From Haplodiscus bocki (Eukaryota), in contig OZ296652.1 of assembly GCA_965655095.1 (NCBI GenBank), positions 21,328,001 through 21,392,000 of the forward strand: a stretch of DNA of 64,000 nucleotides, written 5' to 3'. The notes under the pieces were generated by a model. That model was not told the DNA's origin. It made no database searches and worked only from the letters and a program-made list of their open reading frames with translations. Shown here piece by piece: positions 12,030 through 24,200 of this stretch. Made by a program: the position numbers and the translations under genes. Numbering within the stretch: the stretch's first letter is position 1; the number at the start of each line of letters is the position of its first letter.

Positions 12030-12660
12030 ACAATTTGACTTCAAATTGCACAAAAACAAATTTCAGCTTTTAGGGGGAGTTAATTGTTCGATAATGTCCA
12101 TTTGTTGTCAGGGAAAAGTGCAAACTCATATCTCAACATTTAATTGAGAAGACTAAAGAAGTAGCGACACTTCGTTGAGAAATCGACTCTTTTAGCAATG
12201 CACAACGGCCTAACTGAGCATTTGTTTTGTATCTTACACTAAAATTCTTTGTTTCTCTATATATACAGTCCTCATATTTATCTTGTTAGTTGTAGTTTAG
12301 GGAAAGGTTTGCAGTGAACAGTGTTCAGGAAATTCATGGGAAGTAAACGTAGAGATCGTAGCAACATGACTGTAGCGATGTAAAAAACAATGGCGAGCTC
12401 ATTTTAGTGAGGGTTTATCATTGCTTCATATCCTATATGAAAAGATCATGAAAAACCACTGCTTCACATGAGCATAATTAGATCTGTCAAAAAACTGGCA
12501 TTGTTCACAGTACAAATCTTGTGAGAAAAAAAAACAAATTACGATCCTTTCATAATCTCAAGCGAAGATATACTGTCTGAGAAAGTGTTCGAGAACAAGT
12601 TCTCTTAAAGGGGCAACAACCGGTCTGAGAAATGAAATATAAACTTACAATCGTTTCCTG
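12030..12660 (-). repeat. Inverted ~630 bp module homologous to part of the 1.53 kb array monomer (copy 1)
   Basis: AATTCATGGGAAGTAAACGTAGAGATCGTAGCAAC (~12331-12365) is the reverse complement of the monomer core. Homology runs from TTGACTTCAAATTGCAC to CAATCGTTTCC. Confidence 0.9.
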
Positions 12661-14859
12661 AGGCAGCGACAATCTGTGTGAGAAATTTATTTTAGTGGAA
12701 CAATTGATGTTTCAAGCAGCGACAGCTGGACTGGCAGAAACAGACTATCGATACAACCATCCCATCAAGTTAAGAGAGTTTGTTTGAGAAAAAATTAGTT
12801 TTCAGATAGGAAAACAAAAAGCATACCAAATGAACTGCTGTAAATGTCATTAAAATCTATCACAAAGTGAACAAAATTGATTTGCAGTAGGCTGGTGAAA
12901 GCAAAACACTTTTCCAAAAATGGTGTTATTTTGCTTTTCCAGTCCTCCGCACACGTTTTATAAATGGAGGTTGCTCAATTTGTCCCCAGTTTTAAGCAAA
13001 GGGTTAGGATTTAGGGCAACAAAGTTTTATCGCCGGAAATCCCCTTTTGGTTTAAAACAGCAGGTTTTTCCTATCAATGCAGAACTTTTCTCCTTCTCCG
13101 TCTTTTACCCAAACTTCCCTGCAAGGACACTTTTCGGTTGATCTTTTCGCGTGGGACTCATCTTTCTGAGAAACGGCATCCAAACGCAATTTAAAACGTT
13201 TTTACGGACTGCAAAGACTCAAATCGTGACTTAGAGATGCGGAAGTTTGATCAAAGTTTGATTTTGGAAACATGCTTCAACTTCAAAATCATAAATTTTC
13301 TATACTTTTTAATTCCTAGTTAGATAAAAAGTTCTCGTGGAAAAAAAATCTGTTGCTAAGATTGAAAACACTTTGAATTTTACAATAGAATGAAAAGAAC
13401 AGATTTTTAGATTTTTACGTACTAGCTGAGAATTGTTACTTACGATACAGCTACCAGCTGAAAAATGAAGTCTTTTTGTGGAAAACTTAGTCTGAAAAAC
13501 GAAGTGTTATTGCTCTATCAAATTAACCCACCTTTTTCAAGAAAAATGTCTTAAGTATGACCAAAAAGGAGAAGAAGTTCCATATATGGCAGTTTCTCTG
13601 GTCAAAAACCGAATAAAATCTATTCCATACAAGTTTGCTGTGATTTGTTTAAATCGTACACGAGCAGCAATTTGCTACTCCCAAGAATCACTCCTATGAA
13701 ATCATTCTCAACAACAATAACGAAACCTTGCTCTTTTTTCTTCTATCAGCATACACAACCACTACAGAAAATCTGACTAATACCTGTCTATGACAACAGT
13801 TCGGTGCCAATTTTATGTCGGAACTTAATGGATCTTCAAATATGCAAGAAACCTTGGTGAATTACCACTCAACACGAGGTTCTTTTTATGATTCCACATG
13901 AAGTCAACTCAGTATATTTCATCGTAGATCATAGGAACATCCAACTTAACCGGGTTTGCTCATGTGTGATTGGGTGACCTAATACTCGAGTATGATTAAC
14001 TGCCGACCCTCTGACAGCAGTGTTTTGAGATAGGCTATAGATGTACTACTGGCGACTGACTCTTTAAAAAACATTGTCTTTCACTTCTCCGCTAAATTTT
14101 TGGACAAGAGTTGGGGCTCAAAATGCTATGAAAAACCAAAAGGCGGACAACGTTTTCTGAAGAAGTTTATGCTCTGAAAAAGGGTAAGGCGCCTCTTCTA
14201 GTCTGCGATAGATTCAAAGTGTAAAGGTAAACTTTTTCAAGGTAGACATATATTCTTCCGCCGAGACAGGTACAGAGAAGCACGTATCTCTTCTGCTAAA
14301 TTCAGGAAAAAGAACAATGGTGTAGGCTTTCAACGGATCACTCTAAACGCGTTGAATGATGAGACCCATTTCTGTTAATTTTGGGCAGCAAAAAAGTAGT
14401 TACACTGAGTTTTTTTTTGAATGACACAAAATTATTTTGAAAATCACCAAACTCACCAAAAATGCAATCAATTTTCAGTGAAACATCTGTTTAATGCTCA
14501 GTTTCATTGATAGGTGCCACCCGTTGCCACAAAGATTTTGGTGTTGACTTGAAGAATTGTCTTCTTTGGAGCGGAACTTTGTGTTTCCTGATTGTTTACC
14601 GCAAAAATTCTTTTCAAAAACTCGGTATTAGTTTGACTCCTTTGAACGACTGTTCAAAAACTACAGCGCTCTCCAGAATACTGGAACGTTGTCTTTCTCT
14701 GTACACACACTCCAGTTGTTTATGATGTTGAACACTGTGCAGAAGGAGTCGTCAAACTCATGCGTGAGCTTAACCCAATGCAGCTTTTCAATCAAACTTC
14801 CCAACCATTTTTCCCAAGGGGGCTGCAAAGAATACTAGGGTAACAGTTGCGTGAAGGAC

Positions 14860-15497
14860 ACATTTTGATTTCAACTTCAACGAAAGCCTGTTCCAGTTTT
14901 TAGCAACAGTTAATTCTTCGATAATGTCTTTGAGTTGTCAAGGAATAGTGCAAACTCAAATATTGACAGTTTTTTGACAAGACGAAAGCAGTAGAGAGAG
15001 TTTGCCCTGTGAATTCCTTGACAAGTTGGGTCTTTTACCGCCGTACAAGAGGATTTGTCTTGTTTCTGATCCTACTCTCACTGGTTTTTTTTAAATACAA
15101 TAGAATCCTCTCAATTTACTTGTTCGTTCTACTTAAAGGAAAGTTTTCGAGTGGACAGTGTTTCTGGAATTCGTGGGAAGTAAACGTAGAGATCGTAGCA
15201 AATTGACTCTAGCAATGTAAAAAAAACAATGGCGAGCTCATTGTAGCAAGGTTTACTCATAGCTTCATATCGTATATGAAAAACCATAAAAAACCCTATT
15301 TCACATGAGCACAAACAGATCTGTCAAAGAAGACTGCATTGTTCGCAGAACATATCTGGTTGTGAAAAAAAAAACAAATTACTATCCTATTATCATCTCA
15401 AGCGAGGACATACTATCTGAGAAAAAAATCAAGAACAAGTTCCCATAAAGTGGCAAAAAAGTCTGAGAAAACAAATATAAAGTAACAATCGTTTCCT
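14860..15497 (-). repeat. Inverted ~630 bp module homologous to the array monomer (copy 2)
   Basis: TGGGAAGTAAACGTAGAGATCGTAGCAA (~15174-15201); same end points as copy 1. Confidence 0.9.
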
Positions 15498-16789
15498 GAA
15501 GCGGCAACAATGTGTGTGAGAAAACTACTTCAGTGGAACAGTTAGTCTTTCAGGCAGCGACAGGATTACTGTTGGAAACAGACAGGCAAAGAAACGGTCC
15601 TCCCAAGTGTTTAGAGTTTGTCTGAGAAAACATTGAGAGCAAAAAGCACACACAATGGAGTGCTGTTAAAACCTATAAAAGCTACCAAAAGATGAACAAA
15701 AGTGGGTAGCAAAAAGCTGGTGAAGGCAAAACAATTTTAGAAATTTTGTGGTCCTTTGCTTTTCCATTCCTCGGCACACATTCTCCAAAGGCAGGTTGCT
15801 GAACTAGTTTGAAGTTTTTGGCAAGGGTTTAAGTTTTGGCTCGGAGAAATTGTTTCACTGAAATTGGTTTTTTACGACAATACTTTGAGAATGTCTTCTA
15901 TATGGAAAGTTTTCATTCTGTCATTTACATAATTTTCCATCCAGGAACAACTCTCCATTGATTCTTCCGCGGTCGACTCATCTTTATTCAGAAAAAGGCA
16001 TCCAAACGCATTGCTAAACAATTTTATGGACTGAAATTACTCAAATCATGACTTAGAGATGCGAAGTTTTTGTCAAACTTTTCAAAACATGATTGAACTT
16101 CAAATTCTGAGAGGTTCCAATTTTTTTTTCATTCATAAGTAGATTCACTGTTCTTTTCCAACAACCTCATGGAAAAATAATTTCTGTTGCTAATACTCAA
16201 AAGACTTTGAGTTACACAATAGATATAAAGGGACACTTTTTGGGTTTTTACGTACTAGCTGAGAATTTTTAAAAACAATACATCTACCATCTGATTAATT
16301 ATGCGGTTTTGTAAATAACTGAGTCTGAAAAACAGAATATTTTAAGTTTTTGACTAAAGCACCAAAAGGGACCGTTTTTCCTCAAAAACTGTCATCATCA
16401 TGACGGAAAATGGAACAAAATCCAAATATGGCAGTTTCTTGGGTCAAAAACCAAACAAAAAAGATTTCTTCTCCAGACAAGTTTGCTGTGATTAACTCCT
16501 AATAATCACTCTTTAGAAGTCAATCTTAACAACAAGAACAACAATTATGCGGGTTTTTCCAGCTACCAGCATACCCAATCACTAGTTGGAATCCTCACTA
16601 AAACTTGTCTACGACCACAATTTGGGGCTCAAATATTGTCGAAATTGAAAATATTTCCATTACGCATGAAGCTATCTTGAATAACAAGTCAACGCAAGGT
16701 TCTTTTTATGATCCCAGAATGCCTTCAATTTATTTTTTTTTGCACCCGAAAGTCAACCTCATCTCAAATTGTGCTCAAAATTCAAGACG

Positions 16790-17340
16790 ACAATTTCTGT
16801 CGAAGACAAGGTGTACTTCATTGTTGAGGAAAACATCGTGACTGATGTAGAAATCTATCCCTGTTTTACATTTTAACCTGAAGCTGTCATCCGGGAACAA
16901 AAAAAGCTGGGCAGAATTTGTAAAAACCCGAATTGCATCCCAAATCATGATCAACGTAGCTATTTTTTTGATGAGGAGTCAAACTCTAACATCTTCGAGG
17001 ACTACTACAAATTTTCAATTTTGGAACGTGGATCCAGTATCTCTTTTATTATTCAACCACATTCATGATTTGGATCTGATGATCATTCAGTGTTCTCAAA
17101 CAGTAACTCATCAGAATAAAATAGACTTGCTTCCGCCGATCGACTCATTGCGACCAATGAACAATGAAAGGAAAGGGTTGAGAGGCAGCTTTGAATTCTT
17201 CCATAAAAAATCCCTACCGAACAGACAATTGAACAATACACTTCCTTTGGATGGAGAATTGCGTGACTCTTGGGAGCCTGGAGCGTTGGAAGATGTTCCT
17301 CCGTTTGTGACGAACTGTAACTGTATTGAAGTGTAGCTAT
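16790..17340 (+). pseudogene. Decayed coding fragment of unknown family, probably mobile-element derived
   Basis: A frame not in the ORF track reads EENIVTDVEIYPCFTF*PEAVIREQKKLGRICKNPNCIPNHDQRSYFFDEESNSNIFEDYY with scattered stops. It abruptly interrupts the second 2.83 kb unit. Confidence 0.35.
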
Positions 17341-18003
17341 TTCTTTTAGTTGTCTCGTTTTTTTTTGTTTGCTGGTGCAAAAAATACAATTTTTAATAAT
17401 TTTTTTTGTTCCTTTAACCTGATGATATTGTAGAAGAAGTTAATCTTCAACAACGAGTACCGAGTAAAGTACCAGACCTGTAACCACCCCAAATCGCAGT
17501 CCTTCTTAATATATTGCAGAACATCACCCTACCGTAAAGCATAGATGGACAATCTCCTTAGCTTCCACTCTCTATAACCTGCTTCATCACCTAAAAAAGT
17601 CAAGTCTATGCCTTATCGTGGTACCTGACGCCTAGGATGAGTCATTAAAACGAGAATATTTAATCTCTGTAGAATCTATCAAGATAGCCAGTGTTCTTGT
17701 CTTAGTAAAACCCTGCCAAACGCCTTTCACTATCTAAACAATTTGATGAACAAATTTGGATCGGGTAGCCTGTCTTAACATGTCCCACTAAGTTGATCAC
17801 CGCCGGGAGACTGGTAAACTATCCCAACTCAATAACTCAACCAACCAACTCCACAAATTACATTGAAACGTAGCCGAAATTTACCCTACCTTACTAAATG
17901 GATGATAACTTGGCAAATTGCAAAGAACTAGACACAAAACCGACACACTAGAGAAAAGCTGATTGAAAATCTGTCGCGTGCCAAAAAAGAGCGTTCTGAG
18001 GCA

Positions 18004-18165
18004 GACACATTGTAAAATTTTTAATTTGAAATCCGATATGTTTGAATTTTTTCAATTCAAAATCTGACACGTTGTAAAATTTTCAATTCAAAATATGACG
18101 CATTGTAAAAACATTGATTCAAAATCTGAAGCTTTGTCCAACGTTTTCATCAAAATCTGATTTTT
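18004..18165 (+). repeat. 31-bp minisatellite, ~5 copies
   Basis: GACACATTGTAAAATTTTTAATTTGAAATCC / GATATGTTTGAATTTTTTCAATTCAAAATCT / GACACGTTGTAAAATTTTCAATTCAAAATAT / GACGCATTGTAAAAACATTGATTCAAAATCT / GAAGCTTTGTCCAACGTTTTCATCAAAATCT. Confidence 0.9.
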
Positions 18166-18261
18166 TAGCTCGTTTCTCAGGTTCTTACTGAACAATCACA
18201 TCTACTGTCATGGTGAGAACTATTTTCCTGCGCAGCGGAGAAAAGAAAAACAATGTCTGTC

Positions 18262-21200
18262 AAAGTCACCAAAATACTCGCTGCACGATTTTCCTCCTGT
18301 ATGTTGATCATTTAGGCAACTTTCAACCAAAATTGATACTCGTGAATCAATTTGAAAAACCTTTTACATCCTGATTGGTCATCTAAATGTCCGAATATGG
18401 TAAGAGTCTGTAATTCCAGTCCATAATTGTACAGAGAATTAATAGGTTGTTAGACTGCAATTCGCACAAATGATTTATGTTTGGAAAAAATTCAAGTGGA
18501 CAACAATGTTGAAAACTATGGCTGCTGTTTTGTCACCAGTAATTTTTTTAACCAGGTTGTCCACAACACTCGTTGTTCACTTCCACAGATGACAAGGAAA
18601 AACATCTACATTTACCGAAAAATTGCCTTGCATACCATACCTCGAAATACTGTTTCCTATCTGATTGCCGTTACCATGCACTACTTATTGGCATAAACGA
18701 TTGTTCCGCTTGATTTTATTTTCCCTCAACTTGGCACCCTTTCAGGAGATTCTGTTCGCTTTCAGTTTGTCTTTGCTTGAGAGGATAAAATTTTCGCACT
18801 TTGTTTTTTTCTCATAACCAGATGTGTGCTGTGAACGATGCATTTTTTCGAGAGTCCACTTATTCTCATGCGAAGAAGTCCTTTCGCTTAAGATCTTTCC
18901 ATATGAAGTATACGGTAACTAGTAACCCTTGCTACATTGTTTTGGCCCTTATTTGTTTTTTATTGCAACAGTCAAGTTGCTACGGTCTCTACGTTTACTT
19001 CCCATGACTTTCTCAAACCCTCTTCACTGAAACGTTTTTCCGGAATTAGAACAAACAATGTACTTCGGGAGACTATGCTATACAAAGGAAAATTAGAGTA
19101 AAAAACAGGACAATTGGGTCTTTTGGGCATTTGTGCAACGTTTAAACACTCAACTTCTCAACGAACTCCCAAAACGAATTCTCTCTACTTCTTCAGTTAT
19201 CTCAAACTACTGCTGAATTATGAGTGTGCGTTTTTCTTTGGCAACAATGGACATTATCGAACATTTAACTCCCGTCAGAAACTGGAACTTGTTTTCGTGC
19301 AAATTGGAGTCAAGTTTTGTCTGTCAAGCTCCATTTACCCTGACAACGTTTAAAACCAGTATTTTGACTCTGGACTCCACTACCTGGATTGGTGGGAGAA
19401 CAAATTCTGTTTTCTTAAAGTTCTTTTGGACACGTCCGTTTTTCAACCACATAGATTGTGTTTTACTAGGTTTGATCCGCATCAGTTTAATGAATGCCAT
19501 TCATTCTGAAAATCATTTTTTTTATTTTGAAGCAGACTGTTAATTTCAGAGACAAAGTCCGATGGCTTAGGTATTTTGTTCGTAGACATGTTTAGGTAAA
19601 GGTATAATATTCGTCGGCTGAGTTTTTCCGAATACCAGAAAAAAGAAAGACGAGTGTAGGTTCTCCGGAACTTGTCTATTGGCAATTTTCCCGGTTTTCG
19701 TTCAAACACGGAAGACATTTTCTTCCGGTCGAGGTTCAATTTTGTCGAACCAGTGCCATCGAAAAGTTTGCTGCACAGCTTTGTTGCTGTCTGTTGATAA
19801 TTTTTGAAAAAAAATATGCGTATTTGGTACTCGTGAATCATCTTGCAAAATCTTTTCCAACGTGATCGGTCATTAAAAGTTCCTTTTACGGAAAAAGTCC
19901 ACAGTTTCGGCCATCTTTGTACAGCGAAGTAATGAGCTATTTCGCTTTATATCACCCAATCCATTTTTGTTTGAAAACCATTCCAGTGGACAGCGCTGTT
20001 GAAAAAACCATTGCTGCTGATATATTACAAGCAAAATTTTTTTTAAAATCCCAGTTACTCACAAAGCTCGTTGTTCACTTCCACATATTACGATGGAAGA
20101 CATCTACATATTCAGCAGAATTGCCTTGCAAATCATACTTTGAATTACTGTTCATTATCTGATTGCCGTCAATATGCAGTACTTCTTAGAGAAAACGATT
20201 GTTCCCATCGATGATGTTCCTAAGACAGTTTGGCTTCACTTGATTTGATAAAGGGTGCGCAATTCGTTTTTTCTCCCATAACCAGATGTGTGCTGTGAAC
20301 ATTACAGTTTTTTCTCACGGATCACTTTTTCTCATGTGAAGCAGTCGTTTTTTATGTTCTTTCCTTTTTTTGTATAAAGTCGGGAGTAGATCTTGCTACA
20401 CATTTTTCGCCGTGATTTGTTTTTTTTGCTACAAGTCAAGTTGCTACGATCTCTACGTCTACTTCCCATGAATTTCTTAAACCTTGTTCGCTGGAAGTTT
20501 TTCCCTCATTTAGAACGAAGGGGTAAATTGAGAGATCTATGCTACAGTAAAGACAAAGACAAGTAGAAAGCACAATAATATACAGGACCAATGCTCAGTT
20601 GGGCCTTTGTCCAGCACCTAAAGTCTCAACTTTTGATTGAACTCCCAAGATTAACTCCCTCTACGTCTTTAGTTTTCTCACATTACTGTTGAATTATCGG
20701 TTTTCTTTTTTCTTTGACTACAAAGAATAATATTTGAACAATTAACTCCTCCTATAAGCTGAAAAATGTTCGGTGCAAGTCACCTTTTGTCCTCGTAAAG
20801 TTTGAAGCCTGTTTTGTGACTCTGGGCTCACCTGCTGGGTTGGTAAACACACTTAGTTTACTATTTTGAAAATCTTTGTTCATGTCTACTTTTTTAACTA
20901 TGTAGGTTGTGTATAATTATGTTTGTTATGAGAATGCCATTCGTTCTGAGAATCGAGTTTTTCTATTCCGCACGAGATTGTTAATTTCAGACATGAGTTC
21001 CGAAGGCATGGGTTTTTTTCCTTGTAGTCTTTATGGGTAAAAGTATATTATTAGTTGGCTGAGTTTTTCCGAACAAGAGAAAAACGGCAGACGATTATAC
21101 GTTTTCCGGAAATAATGCATTGGTAAATATCTCAGTCTTCGTCCACACAAGTAATTTTTTCCCGGTCAAAAATAGACTTCGTCAAACCAGAGTCACCGAT

Positions 21201-24200
21201 ATAGTCGCTGCACGATTTTCTTGCTGCATGATTTGTTTGGGAAATTTATCCGTGTTTGATACTCGCGAATCAACTTGCAAAACCTTTTACATCCTGATTG
21301 GTCATCAAATTTTCCGATTACGATAAAAAAACGGCAATTTTAGCCCATATTTGTACAGCGAGGTAAGAGGCTGTCCGGCTAAATTTCGCCTCAGTATTCT
21401 TTGTTTGAAAACCAATCGAGTACACAACGCTGCTAAAAAACCAAGACTGCTATTGCGTTACAAGCAAATTCTTTTTTTATTCAGTCTATCCACGAAGCTC
21501 GGTGTTCACTTTCACATATCACAAAGAAAAACAACTATATTTTCCGAAAAAATGCCCTGCAAACCATACTTCGAAATACTGTTCCCTATCCGATTGCCGT
21601 TACCATGCACCTTTGCTTGGGGGAAACGATTGTTTTACTTGATTTTCTTTCTCAGAAAGGTTGTCGCTCTTTTAGGAGATTTGATTCCCCTTGAATAGAT
21701 TTTTCAGACAATGTGTCTTCGGTTGGGATGGTAAAATTTCGTAAATTGTTTTTTCTCATAACCAAATGTGTACTGAGAACAAAGCAGTTTTTTCTGACAG
21801 TGCTTCTATTCTCCTGCGAAGAAGTCTTTTCTCTTAAGATTTTTCCATAGATGGTATAAAGTAAGGAGTAACTGTGGCTGCAAACCTTTTGCGCTTCTTT
21901 ATTTCCCAATCCCACAGTCAAGTTGCTAAATTCTTTACGTTTACTTCCCATGAGTTTTCGAAATACTATTCGCTGGAACGCATCCCCTTACTTAGAACAA
22001 ACAAGTTGTTTCAGAATACTATGCAATAGAAAAGACAAAGAAGAGTAGAATAATGTACATTACAAATGCTCCATTGATCTTTAGTACAACGCTAAAAGAC
22101 TCAACTTCTCAACTAACTCCCTAGATGAACACTCTCTACTTCTTTAACCATCGCGAATTACTGCTGAAATATGAGCGTGCACTTTTCTCGGACAACGAAT
22201 GGACACTATCGAACAAATACCTATTGTTCAAAGTCGGAACTTGTTTTCGTGCAAATGGAAGGCAAGTTGTGTCACTAAGGCACTTGTTGCTCGGATAAAC
22301 ATTAAAGGCTGAATTGTGACTCTGGACTCCAGTAGTTGGATCGTTAAAAACACATAACCTCGTATTTTGTTTTTCTTTTGTGCATGTCTATTATTTTAAA
22401 GATACAGGTTGCGTACTGTTGACCTTGTCCAGGCATCAGATGAAAGATTGCCAATCATTCTGAAAAACGATCTTCTTGATTTTGAAAGGGACTTTAAAAT
22501 TCCGAGACAATGTTGGATGGCTGAGGTTTTTTTTGTGGTCATATCTGAATAAAATTATAACATTTGTTGGCTGAGTGTTTCTGAATACCAGAATACCGAA
22601 AGACGACTATAGGTTTAACGGAAATTGTCTATTGGTAGATTTATCGGTTTTCGTCCAAACATGGAACAGATATTCTTCTGGTCAACGTTCGCTTTTTCCG
22701 AAGCAGTATCACCGATATCTTCGCTGCACAATTGTCTTGCTGTATTTTGATCATTTTTGGCAAATTTCTCCGTATATGGTACCTGTGAATCAACTTGGAA
22801 AATCTTTTGCGTCTTGATGGGTCATCCAAGTTCCCTATTTTAATAAAATCTGTAATTACAGCCCATATTTTTACAGCGAGGTACTAGGCTGCTTGGCTGT
22901 ACTGCGGGGCAGTCACTTTCGTTTGAAAACCTTTGGAAAAGGCAACGTTGTTGAAAAACTATGGCTGCTGCTGTTACAAGCAAATTCATTTTTTATCCAG
23001 GTTAATCACAAAGCTCGTTGTTCATTTCCGCATATCACAATGAAAAATGTCTACATGTTGTGAAGATTGCTTTGCAAACCCTATTTCCAAATACTGTTCC
23101 TTATCTGATTGCCGTAACCAAGCACTACTTCTTGGGGAAAGTGTTTGTTCCGCTTGATTTCTTTTTCCAGAAAGGTTGTCGCCTTTTCAGGAAACTACAA
23201 TCGCTTTGGAATTTTTTCTCAGACAGTATGTCTTCGCTTGCGATGATAAAAGGTTTGCAATTTGTTTGTTCTCAAAACCAGATGTGTGCTATGAACGATG
23301 CATTAATTTCTGAGAAGCCACTTCTTCTCATGTGAAGCAGTCCGTTCTTTTTAGTTCTTTCCGTATATGGTATAAAGTAAGGAGTAACTCTTGCTGAAAA
23401 ACTTTTGCCCTTTTTAATGTTACAATGCCGCAGTCATTTTGCTACAAACTCTACGTTTAATTCCCATTAAATTCCTTAACATTAGTCATTTTTAAACTTC
23501 CCGTAATTAGAAAGTTTGCTTTTTACTTCAGACGACTATATTATCTAAAAGACAAAGAATCTTGGAGTAATATAAATGATAAATGGTCAGTTGGGCAGTT
23601 GTACAGCGTTAAAACACTCAGTTCTCAACAAACTCCCAAAAAGAACTCCCTCTTCTTCTTCTTCAGTCATCTCAAATTACTGCTGGTTCACGAGCGTGCC
23701 TTCTTCTTTGACAACAAAGAGACTTTATCGAAAAGGTAATTGCTCTTAAAAGGTGGCACTTTTTGCCCCAGAATCATTAAAGCCTGTAGTGTGACTCTGG
23801 ACTCCAGTAGCTGGATCGGTAAAAGACAAAATCTACTAATTTAAAATCCTTTCGTGAATGTTTAATCTTTTAACCAAAGAGATTGTGTACTGCTATGTTT
23901 GTTCCGCTTAAGTTGAGAGAATGCCATTTGTTCTGAAAACAGTGTTTTCATTGTGAAAGCGATTGTTTTTTTCGGAGACAATGTTTGATAGCTGAAGTTT
24001 TTCGTTCGTAGTCGTGCTTGGGTGAAAGCATATTATTCTTAGGACCAGTTATTCCAAATACCAGAAGATGACTATAAATTTTCCGGAAATTGTGCATTGG
24101 TAAAAATTCTGGCTTTACGTGAAATAGTGAAGAGAGTTTTTTGTGGCCAGAGCTTGTTTTTTTTCGAACCAGGGTCACTTATATAACCGTTGCACGCCTC

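Larger units (their letters stand above)
11260..16720 (+). repeat. Two diverged tandem copies of a ~2.83 kb unit (second copy truncated)
   Basis: Collinear matches at ~2820-2850 offset: GATTCAAAGTG (11374/14211), AAAAAAGTAG.TACACTGA (~11552/14390), TTTTTACGTACTAGCTGAGAATT (~13412/16245), GGTTCTTTTTATGAT (~13877/16698). Confidence 0.9.

Noticed and set aside
18004-18165. CRISPR-like array
   Set aside because: The units abut with no unique spacers, there are no cas genes, and the context is eukaryotic.
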